Shown here: positions 28,509 through 37,923 of the stretch, piece after piece
How positions within the stretch are numbered: the first letter of the stretch is position 1
Layout: the number at the start of each line of letters is the position of its first letter
Sequence record: LC788708.1
DNA length: 64,000 nt
Direction: 5' to 3' (one strand)
DNA from: Escherichia coli phage AZ21
The notes under the pieces: generated by a model
Database searches by the model: none
The model's input: only the letters and a program-made list of their open reading frames with translations
What the model was told of the DNA's origin: nothing
Position numbers and translations under genes: made by a program

Positions 28509-28616
28509 GTATATAGCTGAGGGTATTATTAAACGAATCATACAAGCGATAGCAATACTTATAATCATTTGTATTGCTATTGGTGCGGGATTAGGCATTT
28601 TAATTAAAAGTTTTAT

Positions 28617-28645
28617 TTGCTAAAATGCTTAAGTTTCTGTATAAT
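28617..28645 (+). promoter_or_regulatory. sigma70 promoter (T5 early type)
   Basis: TTGCTA-17-TATAAT then ATAAATTGATGAGAAGG. Confidence 0.65.
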
Positions 28646-28675
28646 TACTTTATAAATTGATGAGAAGGAATCAAA

Positions 28676-29104
28676 ATGAACAAAGTTGATAAAGCTCTAG
28701 TTTTCGCAGCAGCAGATAAGTTTGAACAAGTTAAGGCAACTTTCCGAACCTTGTTCCAGTCTTACGTTCAAGATAAGTCTAATCCTATCTCTGAACGTTT
28801 GATGGTCTGGGAATGCTACGCAACTGATGCCCTATTAATGGCATATTACAGGGGTGAGGCAGACGAAGAGATCGAAGAACTTTTTACTGAAGATACTCCA
28901 CGTTATCAGGCAGTTTATTTCCAAGACCTAGCTGAGCGCATCATTCCTGATGATCTTTGGAATAAATACTACGGTGATCCTGAAGATGAAGGAATGACTC
29001 CAGAAGCCTGTATTGAGCTGATCTGCAAAGATCATCCTGAAATTGCAGAGAAATTTGAAAAAGTTTTTGCTTCTGAGTTCTCCGGCGTTGTTAACGATTG
29101 GTAA
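28676..29104 (+). CDS. hypothetical acidic protein
   Basis: 142 aa. Confidence 0.4.
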   Translation: MNKVDKALVFAAADKFEQVKATFRTLFQSYVQDKSNPISERLMVWECYATDALLMAYYRGEADEEIEELFTEDTPRYQAVYFQDLAERIIPDDLWNKYYGDPEDEGMTPEACIELICKDHPEIAEKFEKVFASEFSGVVNDW

Positions 29105-29121
29105 GTAATTAAAAAATTCAG

Positions 29122-29150
29122 TTGCTTTAAGCCTTAAAATTCTGTATAAT
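29122..29150 (+). promoter_or_regulatory. sigma70 promoter (T5 early type)
   Basis: TTGCTT-17-TATAAT then CATAAATTAATGAGAGAGG. Confidence 0.65.
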
Positions 29151-29182
29151 AAGTTCATAAATTAATGAGAGAGGAAATTCTA

Positions 29183-29461
29183 ATGAAAAACATGACTAAA
29201 GACTTCGACGCCTCTAACCTTACCAAGACTGAAATGGCCAATGTATTAGCAATTCTCCTCGACATGCAAGGATTTGAGGGGCAACTGATGAAAATGTCTA
29301 TTCCAGCGATGAAGAAGATGTACGATTCCCTTAACAAGAACGCTATGGCCTTTAACTTAGCAAAACAAGAGGCGCGCTTTGCTAAGGAGCATCAAGCAGT
29401 GGCAGAACGCCGAGCAGCTAGCTTTGAGCGTGAAGTTAAGCAACTGAAAGGTAAGAAATAA
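29183..29461 (+). CDS. hypothetical protein
   Basis: RBS GAGAGG then ATG; track ORF trimmed. Confidence 0.35.
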   Translation: MKNMTKDFDASNLTKTEMANVLAILLDMQGFEGQLMKMSIPAMKKMYDSLNKNAMAFNLAKQEARFAKEHQAVAERRAASFEREVKQLKGKK

Positions 29462-29483
29462 GGACTAAGGGAGTATATAATTA

Positions 29484-29765
29484 ATGTTAATTGAAATTCT
29501 CATTGGATTGCTAGTGCTTATGACACTAGCAGCGATTGGTGGGGTTATTGGTATTGTAAGCATACGAAAAAACATGGAGAGTATGCTTATTACTAATAGT
29601 GGACTTCACTGCCGCTTAATAGAACAAGAACAAGATATTGAACTAGCACAAAGACGCTCGGATATTCTAAAAGAAAAATTAAACAATATTGAAGCAATAG
29701 CTGGGAATACAAAACTACCTAATAAAGTAATGCGTGCTCAGATAATTACGGAGATTAAAAAATGA
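29484..29765 (+). CDS. hypothetical membrane protein
   Basis: N-terminal TM helix. Confidence 0.3.
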   Translation: MLIEILIGLLVLMTLAAIGGVIGIVSIRKNMESMLITNSGLHCRLIEQEQDIELAQRRSDILKEKLNNIEAIAGNTKLPNKVMRAQIITEIKK

Positions 29766-30007
29766 TGATGTTTATTCTAGCGTTTTATCTAATTGTGGTT
29801 GGTGTACTGGTTACTAAATATCACACATGGACGCCAAAGAATGTTGTTAAGGTAGCCTTATTTGTTATTCCAGTTCCACTTATTATCTTTTCTATGTTAC
29901 TAGTGATGTTAGTTGGTAAAGTAACAAAAACCGATATTAAACGAATTGCGGATGAATTGCAACAGTCTTGTGATATGGTAGAGGATATTCTTAAAGATGA
30001 AGCTTAA
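29762..30007 (+). CDS. hypothetical membrane protein
   Basis: Two TM helices. Confidence 0.3.
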   Translation: MMMFILAFYLIVVGVLVTKYHTWTPKNVVKVALFVIPVPLIIFSMLLVMLVGKVTKTDIKRIADELQQSCDMVEDILKDEA

Positions 30008-30323
30008 TTTTAATGAATTAAATACCTTACATGAGATATTACAGTTTGTGAATAACAATATTAGTATTCCGGACGATACACTAGAAGTTCTCAGGATAAT
30101 TGAGAAAAAGGTAGGAATTGAAATTGAGGACTCTTGGAAACCACTTTCTGTATTAACACCACTTAATATGAAAGTGATAGTTAAAAATATCAATACTGGT
30201 GAAGAGTGTGAAATGATTCGTAAAGAACTAGCTGATAGCTATTCACCAAAGTCTGTAGTAATGTACCATGATGATACTGCTAAGACTCTACAGACAGCTA
30301 ATTACGTATGGCGTCTCCCATGA
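29997..30323 (+). CDS. hypothetical protein
   Basis: 108 aa. Confidence 0.3.
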   Translation: MKLNFNELNTLHEILQFVNNNISIPDDTLEVLRIIEKKVGIEIEDSWKPLSVLTPLNMKVIVKNINTGEECEMIRKELADSYSPKSVVMYHDDTAKTLQTANYVWRLP

Positions 30324-30619
30324 TTGATTTAGTACCAATTACTGCTGGGCTAATAGCACTATTAGTGCTTGCAGTTTTTATTATTGTGGAGCAGGCCAAA
30401 GTAATAAGGAGACTTAAAAACAATGATAAAACGTCTTGTTTATCAGGCACCAAAGATTGTAACTGAGTATTTTGTATTACTGCCTCAGATTGTATTTCTA
30501 ACAGCATTATTTAATATACTTTTTCGGCATCTAGGAATAACGGAAAATATCTTCTACACTTCTGAACTACTTCCTTTTATGTACGAAGGCATCATCGTGG
30601 CAATTAACGGAGTTCGTAA

Positions 30620-31081
30620 ATGACAGCACTACAACAACTACAGAATTACTGGTTTGATAACCAATTTAACGATCTCTTCATCCAGTTGTTTGTCGAAACG
30701 AACGGACGCTTCAACTACCGATTCTTTAATAAGTTTCACGAAACAAAATTCTCGCATACAGAAATTAATGCAGCGATCCAAGACCTAACTGGTTCTAAAG
30801 TAATTCAGTATCGTGAAGTAGACTTTACACCAGATTGTTTTGGGTTTGAATTGTTTAAGAAAGCATATAAATTTGGTAAGTTTGAGGATGCTCGTCAATG
30901 GGTTCATGATTTCTGGTACAACACTGATATTGTTCCTAGTCGTGTGCTGATTCTTAACTGGATTGCTAAACAACATCCACCTAAAGCTCAATCGTCCTTC
31001 TTACCAACTGACACAGGAAACCTTTACCATGACAGAAAAGAAAAATCCATTGCTGGAGCAGATGAAGGAATGGGAGAGTAA
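30620..31081 (+). CDS. hypothetical protein
   Basis: 153 aa. Confidence 0.35.
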   Translation: MTALQQLQNYWFDNQFNDLFIQLFVETNGRFNYRFFNKFHETKFSHTEINAAIQDLTGSKVIQYREVDFTPDCFGFELFKKAYKFGKFEDARQWVHDFWYNTDIVPSRVLILNWIAKQHPPKAQSSFLPTDTGNLYHDRKEKSIAGADEGMGE

Positions 31082-31400
31082 TATTGAATCTGGTCTGGTA
31101 GACGGAGAAGATATTGTTAACTCTATGCTAGAAGTAACAATAGATAATATAAATCCTATTTTGGCCAGTGAAACCTCAGATCTTATAGGACTTTCTAGTA
31201 CTTTCGATTCTTTGGCTAAATTAGCCTTAGATGACAAAGAGATAACCAAAGAAGATCTCGCCTCAGCTATGAATATGGCTATTAACGCTTACATTGGCAA
31301 ACGTACCGATGAACTCGACAAACAAATCAAAAAGCGTGATACAACACTAAATCTTATGGAAACGGCCACTATTTTAAGAAGTGGTAAACAACTTCATTAA
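31029..31400 (+). CDS. hypothetical acidic protein
   Basis: RBS AGGAAA then ATG; track ORF trimmed. Confidence 0.35.
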   Translation: MTEKKNPLLEQMKEWESNIESGLVDGEDIVNSMLEVTIDNINPILASETSDLIGLSSTFDSLAKLALDDKEITKEDLASAMNMAINAYIGKRTDELDKQIKKRDTTLNLMETATILRSGKQLH

Positions 31401-31454
31401 TTCTAGAGGCCGGGACTTGATTGTTCTGGCCTTTTGTGTTTCAAGGAATATAAT

Positions 31455-31652
31455 ATGAAAGCACTAGATAATTACTTAAAGGCTAAATATAGTCCTATAG
31501 AAGATCAATCTGCTGTAACTTGTGAAATAAGTCGAAATAATACAGTACGATTAGCTCAAAAAGGCGGAGGAACATCTGCTAATATTATTTGGCTATCCGA
31601 AGAACAAGCAAAAGACTTGTACCATAAACTAGACAAGTTATTTAATAAGTAG
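31455..31652 (+). CDS. hypothetical protein
   Basis: RBS AAGGAAT then ATG. Confidence 0.3.
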   Translation: MKALDNYLKAKYSPIEDQSAVTCEISRNNTVRLAQKGGGTSANIIWLSEEQAKDLYHKLDKLFNK

Positions 31653-31653
31653 T

Positions 31654-32094
31654 ATGAGAGAAAAAGTAAATGAATTACTAATCGAGGAAGCTAACAACTT
31701 TCCAATAAATAGGTTTGTCAAATCTGATGGATCTATTAATAGAACTAAGATTAAGCAGCTACATCCCGACTTTCAACAAGAAGCACTAAACCTTATATTT
31801 ATCAAGAAAGCTGTTGCAGTTCATGGGGCTTTCTTTGGGTATGAGCGTGTAAATTACAAAACAATGCAACAGCAAGTCGAGATCTACTGTCCAGATCATG
31901 AAGGGTATTATTGGCAAACTGCTAGATCTCATTTAGAAGGGCATGGTTGTCGACTGTGTGCACACAAGGTTGTGCAGCGTGTCACGGATTATGGAACTTA
32001 TACCGTACCAGCATGTTATCATAAATTTGTAGTTGACGATAATCATATAGTTTGGTATAATAAGTTTTCAAAGTTAAGAATGGAGATAAAATAA
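31654..32094 (+). CDS. hypothetical Cys/His-rich protein
   Basis: CPDHEG...HGCRLCAH motif. Confidence 0.35.
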   Translation: MREKVNELLIEEANNFPINRFVKSDGSINRTKIKQLHPDFQQEALNLIFIKKAVAVHGAFFGYERVNYKTMQQQVEIYCPDHEGYYWQTARSHLEGHGCRLCAHKVVQRVTDYGTYTVPACYHKFVVDDNHIVWYNKFSKLRMEIK

Positions 32095-32279
32095 TGGAAA
32101 CTCTTTTTCTTTTAATGCTCGTAGGTTCTCTGTTACTAATACTAGCACTTCTACTAATCTGCAATATTCTTAACAACAAGAATCTAGAGCTAAAGTGTGA
32201 GAACCAAATCCTTAATCGTGAACTTAAACAATATAACATCGCAGCCCATAAACTGTTAGACAAACTGGAGAATAAATAA
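32094..32279 (+). CDS. small membrane protein
   Basis: Single TM helix. Confidence 0.3.
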   Translation: METLFLLMLVGSLLLILALLLICNILNNKNLELKCENQILNRELKQYNIAAHKLLDKLENK

Positions 32280-32884
32280 TGACTTTTAATACACAACAAT
32301 CTATTCAAGTAGTGCCAGATCATGAACTGAACACATGGGATTATAGCTTTAAAGATTTAACTGCTACTATACAATTTAAATCTATGAAGCTAACATTTGC
32401 ACACACTGATCTTAGAGCCTGTAAAGATCTTGAGGATAAGCTCGAAGATGCTCGTAAGATTTTTGGCAAGGCTCGCATCCCGGCTGATAATCTAATTAAC
32501 GCATTAATCGATGTAGGATACAAACTCGTGAAGACTGAGGTGAACCGCCCTAGTACTCCAGTGACTGTTAGAGATCCGTGGCAGCCAGGGACAATCTCAA
32601 TGCTAAATAAATCATCGGATATACACAATGTTCCATGCGGTGGTGTGGTAAGTAGTACGCAGTCATACAAGTTTGGTGAAGATTACGGCCCTTCTGTGCA
32701 GTTGAAACATACTCAAGAAGCTTTTGAATCTGATATGCGAAGCGTAGCACCTGTGGATGCTGGAGTTTCTAGGAGTTCTGTTTGTACTATTCATTTTAAT
32801 AATCCTAGTAAACATGGAAGTTTAGAGGATGCTATCCTTGAAGCGTTGGGAGCTGCTATTAATGAAGATAAAAGAGGTAGTTAA
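32279..32884 (+). CDS. hypothetical protein
   Basis: 201 aa. Confidence 0.4.
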   Translation: MTFNTQQSIQVVPDHELNTWDYSFKDLTATIQFKSMKLTFAHTDLRACKDLEDKLEDARKIFGKARIPADNLINALIDVGYKLVKTEVNRPSTPVTVRDPWQPGTISMLNKSSDIHNVPCGGVVSSTQSYKFGEDYGPSVQLKHTQEAFESDMRSVAPVDAGVSRSSVCTIHFNNPSKHGSLEDAILEALGAAINEDKRGS

Positions 32885-33774
32885 TGGGATTTTATAGTAA
32901 TAGAAAACCAAAAGGTGTAACTGGTAAATTCGCAGTTGAAGAAAGACCTTTTCCACCGGTCGATGTAGAGAAACTACGTGAACTTCTAGAAATGCTAGAA
33001 GGTTGCCATGAACGTTGTTATTCTGAACTCTCTTTAAATGAGAAACGTGTTGTTGAGATGTTCTGTATTCGTTCAGCTAGAACAGCTAAAGGTACTTCTC
33101 CAAAAGATGAAGTAAAAGAGTACAGAGTTCTAGTGATGCATGCTTGGGCACAACGTTTTGCAGTTCATTCGCTTCAGGAATGGTTTAATCTTCCAGCCTA
33201 TAAAGATTTTCATGTTTACGAAGATGAGGTTATGAATTATAATGAGTTGTATGGTTTGTCCTTCAAAAAGACAGGCTCACCGATGCATGATGCACTCAAT
33301 TCATTCCCTGATCATTACCTTCCAGTTCGTGAATATAGAGATCGTGAAGGAAATAAACCCTGCTTCACTATTTGGAATAAGTCTAAGACGATATCTGATC
33401 TAGATAATTATTGGTTTCGCACAAAAGAAGGATTCCTAGGAACAGAACCTTTACCTAAGGATCTCAAACCTATCCTTCCGCCTGCGAAACCTAAACATGA
33501 AGTAACGATTGCTATTAATAGAATAATTCTAGGAGCAGATGATCTTACTAAACAAATCGCCGCAGTTATCGCAGTTCTGTTTGACGGTACAAATTCTTCT
33601 GCACGTTATGAGAAGCTAACGGATAACAAATTGCAGATACCTAACGAGTTGTATGAGAGTTCGTGCAAGATCTATGATAACTTTAGTAAAGTAGATTACC
33701 CCGTGAGATCCATTAAAGAACTCATGGAGTATGCGGAGATGGGGATGAAAGGAAATCTCATGTTCGATGAATAA
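32884..33774 (+). CDS. hypothetical protein
   Basis: 296 aa; last early-type gene before repeat region. Confidence 0.45.
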   Translation: MGFYSNRKPKGVTGKFAVEERPFPPVDVEKLRELLEMLEGCHERCYSELSLNEKRVVEMFCIRSARTAKGTSPKDEVKEYRVLVMHAWAQRFAVHSLQEWFNLPAYKDFHVYEDEVMNYNELYGLSFKKTGSPMHDALNSFPDHYLPVREYRDREGNKPCFTIWNKSKTISDLDNYWFRTKEGFLGTEPLPKDLKPILPPAKPKHEVTIAINRIILGADDLTKQIAAVIAVLFDGTNSSARYEKLTDNKLQIPNELYESSCKIYDNFSKVDYPVRSIKELMEYAEMGMKGNLMFDE

Positions 33775-33781
33775 ACTCTAC

Positions 33782-33810
33782 TTGACGTTATGATTTCTGC
33801 ATGTTATAAT
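33782..33810 (+). promoter_or_regulatory. sigma70 promoter pointing into the gene-free repeat region
   Basis: TTGACG-17-TATAAT; no convincing ORF downstream. Confidence 0.5.
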
Positions 33811-34138
33811 AACTCTATGAAATAACATAGAATAAAGAGATCCACCCGGATACGGATGGTGGATGGGAAACTTCTATTTCCCCCGTAGCTTGTCGGAGGG
33901 CTAGGGAAATCTTAAGAAGTTTTGTACCATCTCACGCAATTCGTATCCCAGGGGTGGAGCATCTCTTCCAATCTTTGGGGATCTTATACTTAAATTAAAG
34001 GTAAAACTTTTGGTCACATAATTTACATTCAAGATGATACACTGGTTGCCGCCATTCTTCCTAGGATGGCACAACACTTTCTTCTAGACTCCTAAGTTTC
34101 TAGGAATACTAACTCTAGAGTTTACACTAAACTTTGAA

Positions 34139-34876
34139 TCGGATTCGCACATGCTCTAGGGCAGTTTTTCATCTACTATAAATATCCTAGGCCGGTTTTC
34201 CTATACAGGGCGGTTATGGGGAGGGCGGTTATTTCTAGACAATAAAATTTACTCTTGTCAGTCCAGAAATTACTGTCGGATTTGCACATTGTGTTTCTAG
34301 AAATTTATGGTCGGATTTGCACAATTGCCTAAGTTTTTAGGAACATATAATCTCCTGAAAATGGCAGCATTATTTCGGGCCGAAGGCCCATGATTGCCTG
34401 AGTTTTTTTAGAGACACAGAAATTTTCACTTGTCAAGCTATTTTGCCCCATTTTGCTAATAAAATTTTACTTTATCTCCCCTAATCTCAAATTAACCCAA
34501 ATCTTCTCAACTCTTCTCCAAAATCCCCGCAAATCAGGTGCTCCGCACCAAACATGCGCCCCTCCCGTAGTTCCCCCAAGTTTCTCTCGATCTCTCAACT
34601 TCTCCCCAAACTCATACAATCACACACCCTCCAATCGAAGTCACAAAAATCTTGTCGGATTCGCACAAATAAACCCATGTCGGATTTGCACATATTCTAG
34701 TTAATTCCACAGGATTGATGCGCAGCATCGGATTGCTGGAGTTTTTGGGAGAATTCATTGTCGGATTCGCACACTATAAAAATTTTTCGGGTCGGATTTG
34801 CACACTACCAAAAATTGTCGGATTCGCACATACACGCCCACGCGTAATCCATGGGGGCAAATGTCGGATTTGCACA
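34139..34876 (+). repeat. array of nine direct copies of GTCGGATT(T/C)GCACA
   Basis: Copies at about 34139, 34275, 34310, 34654, 34679, 34760, 34791, 34817, 34863, irregular spacing. Confidence 0.85.
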
Positions 34877-34881
34877 AAAGC

Positions 34882-34899
34882 GCAGGGCAATTGCCCTGC
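34882..34899. repeat. perfect 18 bp palindrome GCAGGGCAATTGCCCTGC
   Basis: Read directly. Confidence 0.85.
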
Positions 34900-34904
34900 T
34901 TGCC

Positions 34905-35098
34905 TGAATGCGAATGATAATGAGAATCATTTGCATTTAAAAAGCGGAATGAGAATGATAATAATTCGCATTTAAGAATGGAAGTGAGAATTATTCAGGA
35001 AGTGAAACGATTCTCATTTAAAAAGTGAAACGATTCTCATTTAGAAAGTGAAACGCGAATGATAATGATTCGTATTTAAGAATGGAAGTGAGAAACAC
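34905..35098. repeat. GAATGATAATGA / AGTGAAACGATTCTCATTTA / CGCATTTAAGAATGGAAGTGAGAA repeat block
   Basis: AGTGAAACGATTCTCATTTA twice in tandem (35001, 35025); C(G/A)(C/T)ATTTAAGAATGGAAGTGAGAA twice (34968, 35071). Confidence 0.8.
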
Positions 35099-35109
35099 TA
35101 TTATTTAAG

Positions 35110-35118
35110 TTATCCACA
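35110..35118 (+). promoter_or_regulatory. DnaA-box consensus TTATCCACA
   Basis: Exact 9-mer; TTATCAACA variants at about 35122, 35171, 35183. Confidence 0.6.
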
Positions 35119-35199
35119 GACTTATCAACAGCACGATTTGACTTGACAGAATCCTAGCCATTTTGAGGCGTTATCAACAGACTTATCAACAGCTTATCC

Positions 35200-35219
35200 T
35201 ACTGTATAAATATACAGTA
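35200..35219. promoter_or_regulatory. LexA-box-like palindrome TACTGTATAAATATACAGTA
   Basis: CTGT-N8-ACAG with AT-rich core, close to the E. coli SOS-box consensus. Confidence 0.55.
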
Positions 35220-35413
35220 TTCCTATGCAGTGAATAATTCTAATATACAGCTAAAACGCTCTCAAACGCATTCTAACGCGTTTAATTTTGGTGGGGATAC
35301 TAAAACAAGGGCAAAATTGGAGGAGGCTTGAAAATTAGTTAGCTCGCTAATGATCACACACGGCGACACGTAACACCCTAACCATTAGCAGGCTAACCAT
35401 CGCGGGCGTGGTC

Positions 35414-35434
35414 AAATGAGAATGATTCTCATTT
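35414..35434. repeat. 21 bp palindrome AAATGAGAATGATTCTCATTT
   Basis: Same GAGAATGAT core as the upstream repeat block. Confidence 0.8.
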
Positions 35435-35585
35435 GTGGATTGGGGGCGCTTCCTGATAGTTGCGCCCCGTGATTATTATAGTAGGGGGCAACCGTTACGC
35501 TTTGCCCACTCCCGCCACTCATCTTGGTGCCTAGACTTGCGACGGCGTACTAAAAACCGCTTGTACCAGTGATTAAACCATCGTT

Positions 35586-35789
35586 TCATAAATCCTCCTC
35601 CGGTAGTCGATGCGTGATCTTTTCCTCCTCCCCATAGGAATCCACCAAATACTGATAATAACCATCGTGATCATAAATCACTTTATCATATTCCCCACGC
35701 TCGACCGCTTGCCGATTTTCCAACGTATCAGGCACAAAGAAAGTATCAACGGTAACAGTAGTTTTAGTTACAACAATTTTATCACTCAT
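35586..35789 (-). CDS. hypothetical pre-early protein
   Basis: 67 aa acidic; last gene of minus-strand block. Confidence 0.4.
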   Translation of the reverse strand: MSDKIVVTKTTVTVDTFFVPDTLENRQAVERGEYDKVIYDHDGYYQYLVDSYGEEEKITHRLPEEDL

Positions 35790-35915
35790 AATGCCATCGC
35801 CCCTAGAATGAGAATGATTATCAATATCATTGTGAAGCCATTACCAAATCGTAAACGCTGGGAATGTTTCCCAGCGGTATTATTAGACTTATGGCTTTGT
35901 GTTTTTCGCCACCAG

Positions 35916-36116
35916 CTATTCACGGTAGACGCTCCATCCGTCTAGCTTCCATTCTTCCCCCTTGCGAATATTGAAAAACCAATCATTAAAATTGTAACCA
36001 TCTTCTGACATGATCACGCCGTTTTCTTTCATGTACAAAAATTCATCACTAGTAAAATATTGATTACTAACTTTAAAACCTTGTTTCATTTTTTCTAGTG
36101 CTTCATCTTTAGTCAT
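35916..36116 (-). CDS. hypothetical pre-early protein
   Basis: 66 aa; start overlaps upstream stop. Confidence 0.4.
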   Translation of the reverse strand: MTKDEALEKMKQGFKVSNQYFTSDEFLYMKENGVIMSEDGYNFNDWFFNIRKGEEWKLDGWSVYRE

Positions 36117-36457
36117 TGCGCCACCTTTCGAAACGCTGTTTCAATACTATCCGCAGTGGATTGAATATATGCGCCTTTGAGTATCAGCCGCTCGGTGCAT
36201 ATCTTGCGAAAAATATTAATAAAATCGTCCTCATTTTCTGCGATTAATGCCTCACCCATAACCTGAACGTCGCAAGATGCAAAGGTCAAAAATTGAAACG
36301 CTAGTTCACGGGCAACGACCGCATTGATTTTATAATGCGCCTTGCCTTCATAGATATTAATAACGCCCTTATAAGCTGGCGAAAGCTGATTTAAGTAGTT
36401 TGCTAATAATGCCGGACGGCAATTAGCAACAAAACGATTGCCCTCATAAATAACCAT
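36113..36457 (-). CDS. hypothetical pre-early protein
   Basis: 114 aa. Confidence 0.4.
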   Translation of the reverse strand: MVIYEGNRFVANCRPALLANYLNQLSPAYKGVINIYEGKAHYKINAVVARELAFQFLTFASCDVQVMGEALIAENEDDFINIFRKICTERLILKGAYIQSTADSIETAFRKVAQ

Positions 36458-36580
36458 TTGATAGTCTCCCGATTAGATAGCCAGATAATAACATAAAGAT
36501 CCCCAATAAAAGAGGATCATTCTTAAATAAGGTGGCGGTAAAACCGCCAACCATTGCAAGGAGAATAACAATAATGCTTT

Positions 36581-36793
36581 TCATAGTACCCCACGAAACG
36601 CAGCGTAAAAGGTGGCAAAGTGTTTAACTGTTTCAGCAATCACGTTGCCGCGCTTATCAAATTTCTTTTCTGTAACACGAAAGGCATTTTTATTACGTGC
36701 TACATATTCGATTTTACAATCTTCCCGCTCGAACGTGTTAACATCCACCAGCTTAAAGCCTTTCGAACGTGCAAGAGAAACGTTGCGGATCAT
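36581..36793 (-). CDS. hypothetical pre-early basic protein
   Basis: 70 aa. Confidence 0.35.
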   Translation of the reverse strand: MIRNVSLARSKGFKLVDVNTFEREDCKIEYVARNKNAFRVTEKKFDKRGNVIAETVKHFATFYAAFRGVL

Positions 36794-36795
36794 TT

Positions 36796-36978
36796 TTATT
36801 CCCCTTTACTAGTCATGCAGCCCAGCAGATAAGAAAATACAGCGATGCCAGCACCAATAGTAACCATTGGTTTTATATTTACTAAACCGCAATAGGAATC
36901 CTGAATACCATAAGCGGTGGCGAAAAGAGTCAAAATAGCGCCCAAGATACCCGCTAAAATAGCTCGAAAAATAACCAT
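36796..36978 (-). CDS. hypothetical small membrane protein
   Basis: 60 aa, two hydrophobic helices. Confidence 0.35.
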   Translation of the reverse strand: MVIFRAILAGILGAILTLFATAYGIQDSYCGLVNIKPMVTIGAGIAVFSYLLGCMTSKGE

Positions 36979-37027
36979 TTGTAATACTCCTCTAGTTAGT
37001 GGGGCGAAAGTAACGCCCCGTTATTAA

Positions 37028-37258
37028 TTACATTAAAATAATTTTTGCCGCTTGTTTTTTGGTACAGTGTTCCGCTTTCAGGGTGTCCAGCAAAAAGCCC
37101 GCCGTTTGCTGATCGATTTTATCGGCATTATATAGTTCTTGGATGGTGTTATAAGTTTTAGCAATGCCGTATTCTTGTACCATTTCTTGAATAATCCAGC
37201 GATTTGATACCCAGCCTTTACCAGTGAAAAGAGCGTCAGAAGAAGAGTAAGCAACCAT
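37028..37258 (-). CDS. hypothetical pre-early protein
   Basis: RBS GGAGG then ATG on minus strand; track ORF trimmed. Confidence 0.4.
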   Translation of the reverse strand: MVAYSSSDALFTGKGWVSNRWIIQEMVQEYGIAKTYNTIQELYNADKIDQQTAGFLLDTLKAEHCTKKQAAKIILM

Positions 37259-37364
37259 TTTAAGCCTCCAAATTTTTGGGAAAATTTTCAACCGTCCTCA
37301 AACGGTGTAAAGGCATTATAACAAAAAAGGCCGCCATAAAAGGCGACCTTTACAAAACTTTACA

Positions 37365-37859
37365 TTAAACTACTTGTAAGGATTCAATATTGAAACATCG
37401 TTTCAGTTCGTCATGCAAAACGGCATATTCATCCCATCGGGTACTATCAGGAATATAAACAAGCTGTTTTAATCGGTTTGCATATATTACCGCTTTGTTA
37501 TCAATTATCTCGACGCCACCATATTTAATAATTAATTTCATGACGGAATTAATAGGATCGCCGCCGTTTACATATGCGCCGGATTTACTTAATTGATAAT
37601 GATAAAGGCTTGCATATACGTTTTCATTTTCATACCATTCGCCAGTCTCTTCGTCTTCATAGCCATCGCTACCAAAACGAGAAGCATTATCAACAGCCAT
37701 TTCATGAGCAAAAGCGTCCAGATCCGTACCAGCAGGAACAAAATATTCCTCGGTATTCCCTTCCCCGCAATAGCCAGTATGACAATCGACTAAAATGATC
37801 ATATCATGTTTAGCCTTGCTCACTTCCCCTAGCGAGAAGCCGTATTTTTCTTCTAACAT
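37365..37859 (-). CDS. hypothetical pre-early acidic protein
   Basis: RBS AGGAGA then ATG on minus strand; 164 aa. Confidence 0.45.
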   Translation of the reverse strand: MLEEKYGFSLGEVSKAKHDMIILVDCHTGYCGEGNTEEYFVPAGTDLDAFAHEMAVDNASRFGSDGYEDEETGEWYENENVYASLYHYQLSKSGAYVNGGDPINSVMKLIIKYGGVEIIDNKAVIYANRLKQLVYIPDSTRWDEYAVLHDELKRCFNIESLQVV

Positions 37860-37923
37860 AATTAGTCTCCTATTAATTAACAAGGAAATAGTAAAGCGGG
37901 GAAATAATCCCCGCTAGATATTA

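Larger units (their letters stand above)
35103..35280. repeat. left inverted-repeat module (DnaA-box-like plus LexA-box-like sites)
   Basis: Shares ATTTAAGTTATCCACA, CTTGACA, AGACTTATC(C/A)ACAG..ACTGTATAAATATACAG and AAACGCATTCTAACG, in inverse orientation, with 39125-39320. Confidence 0.7.

Noticed and set aside
34453-34975. ORFs 34453-34704 and 34715-34975 in the repeat region
   Set aside because: Low-complexity translations that run across the direct repeats, with no RBS; the repeats explain the open frames.
34139-35100. CRISPR array
   Set aside because: The repeats are 14-20 bp, irregularly spaced and of several different families, with no uniform repeat-spacer periodicity and no cas genes.
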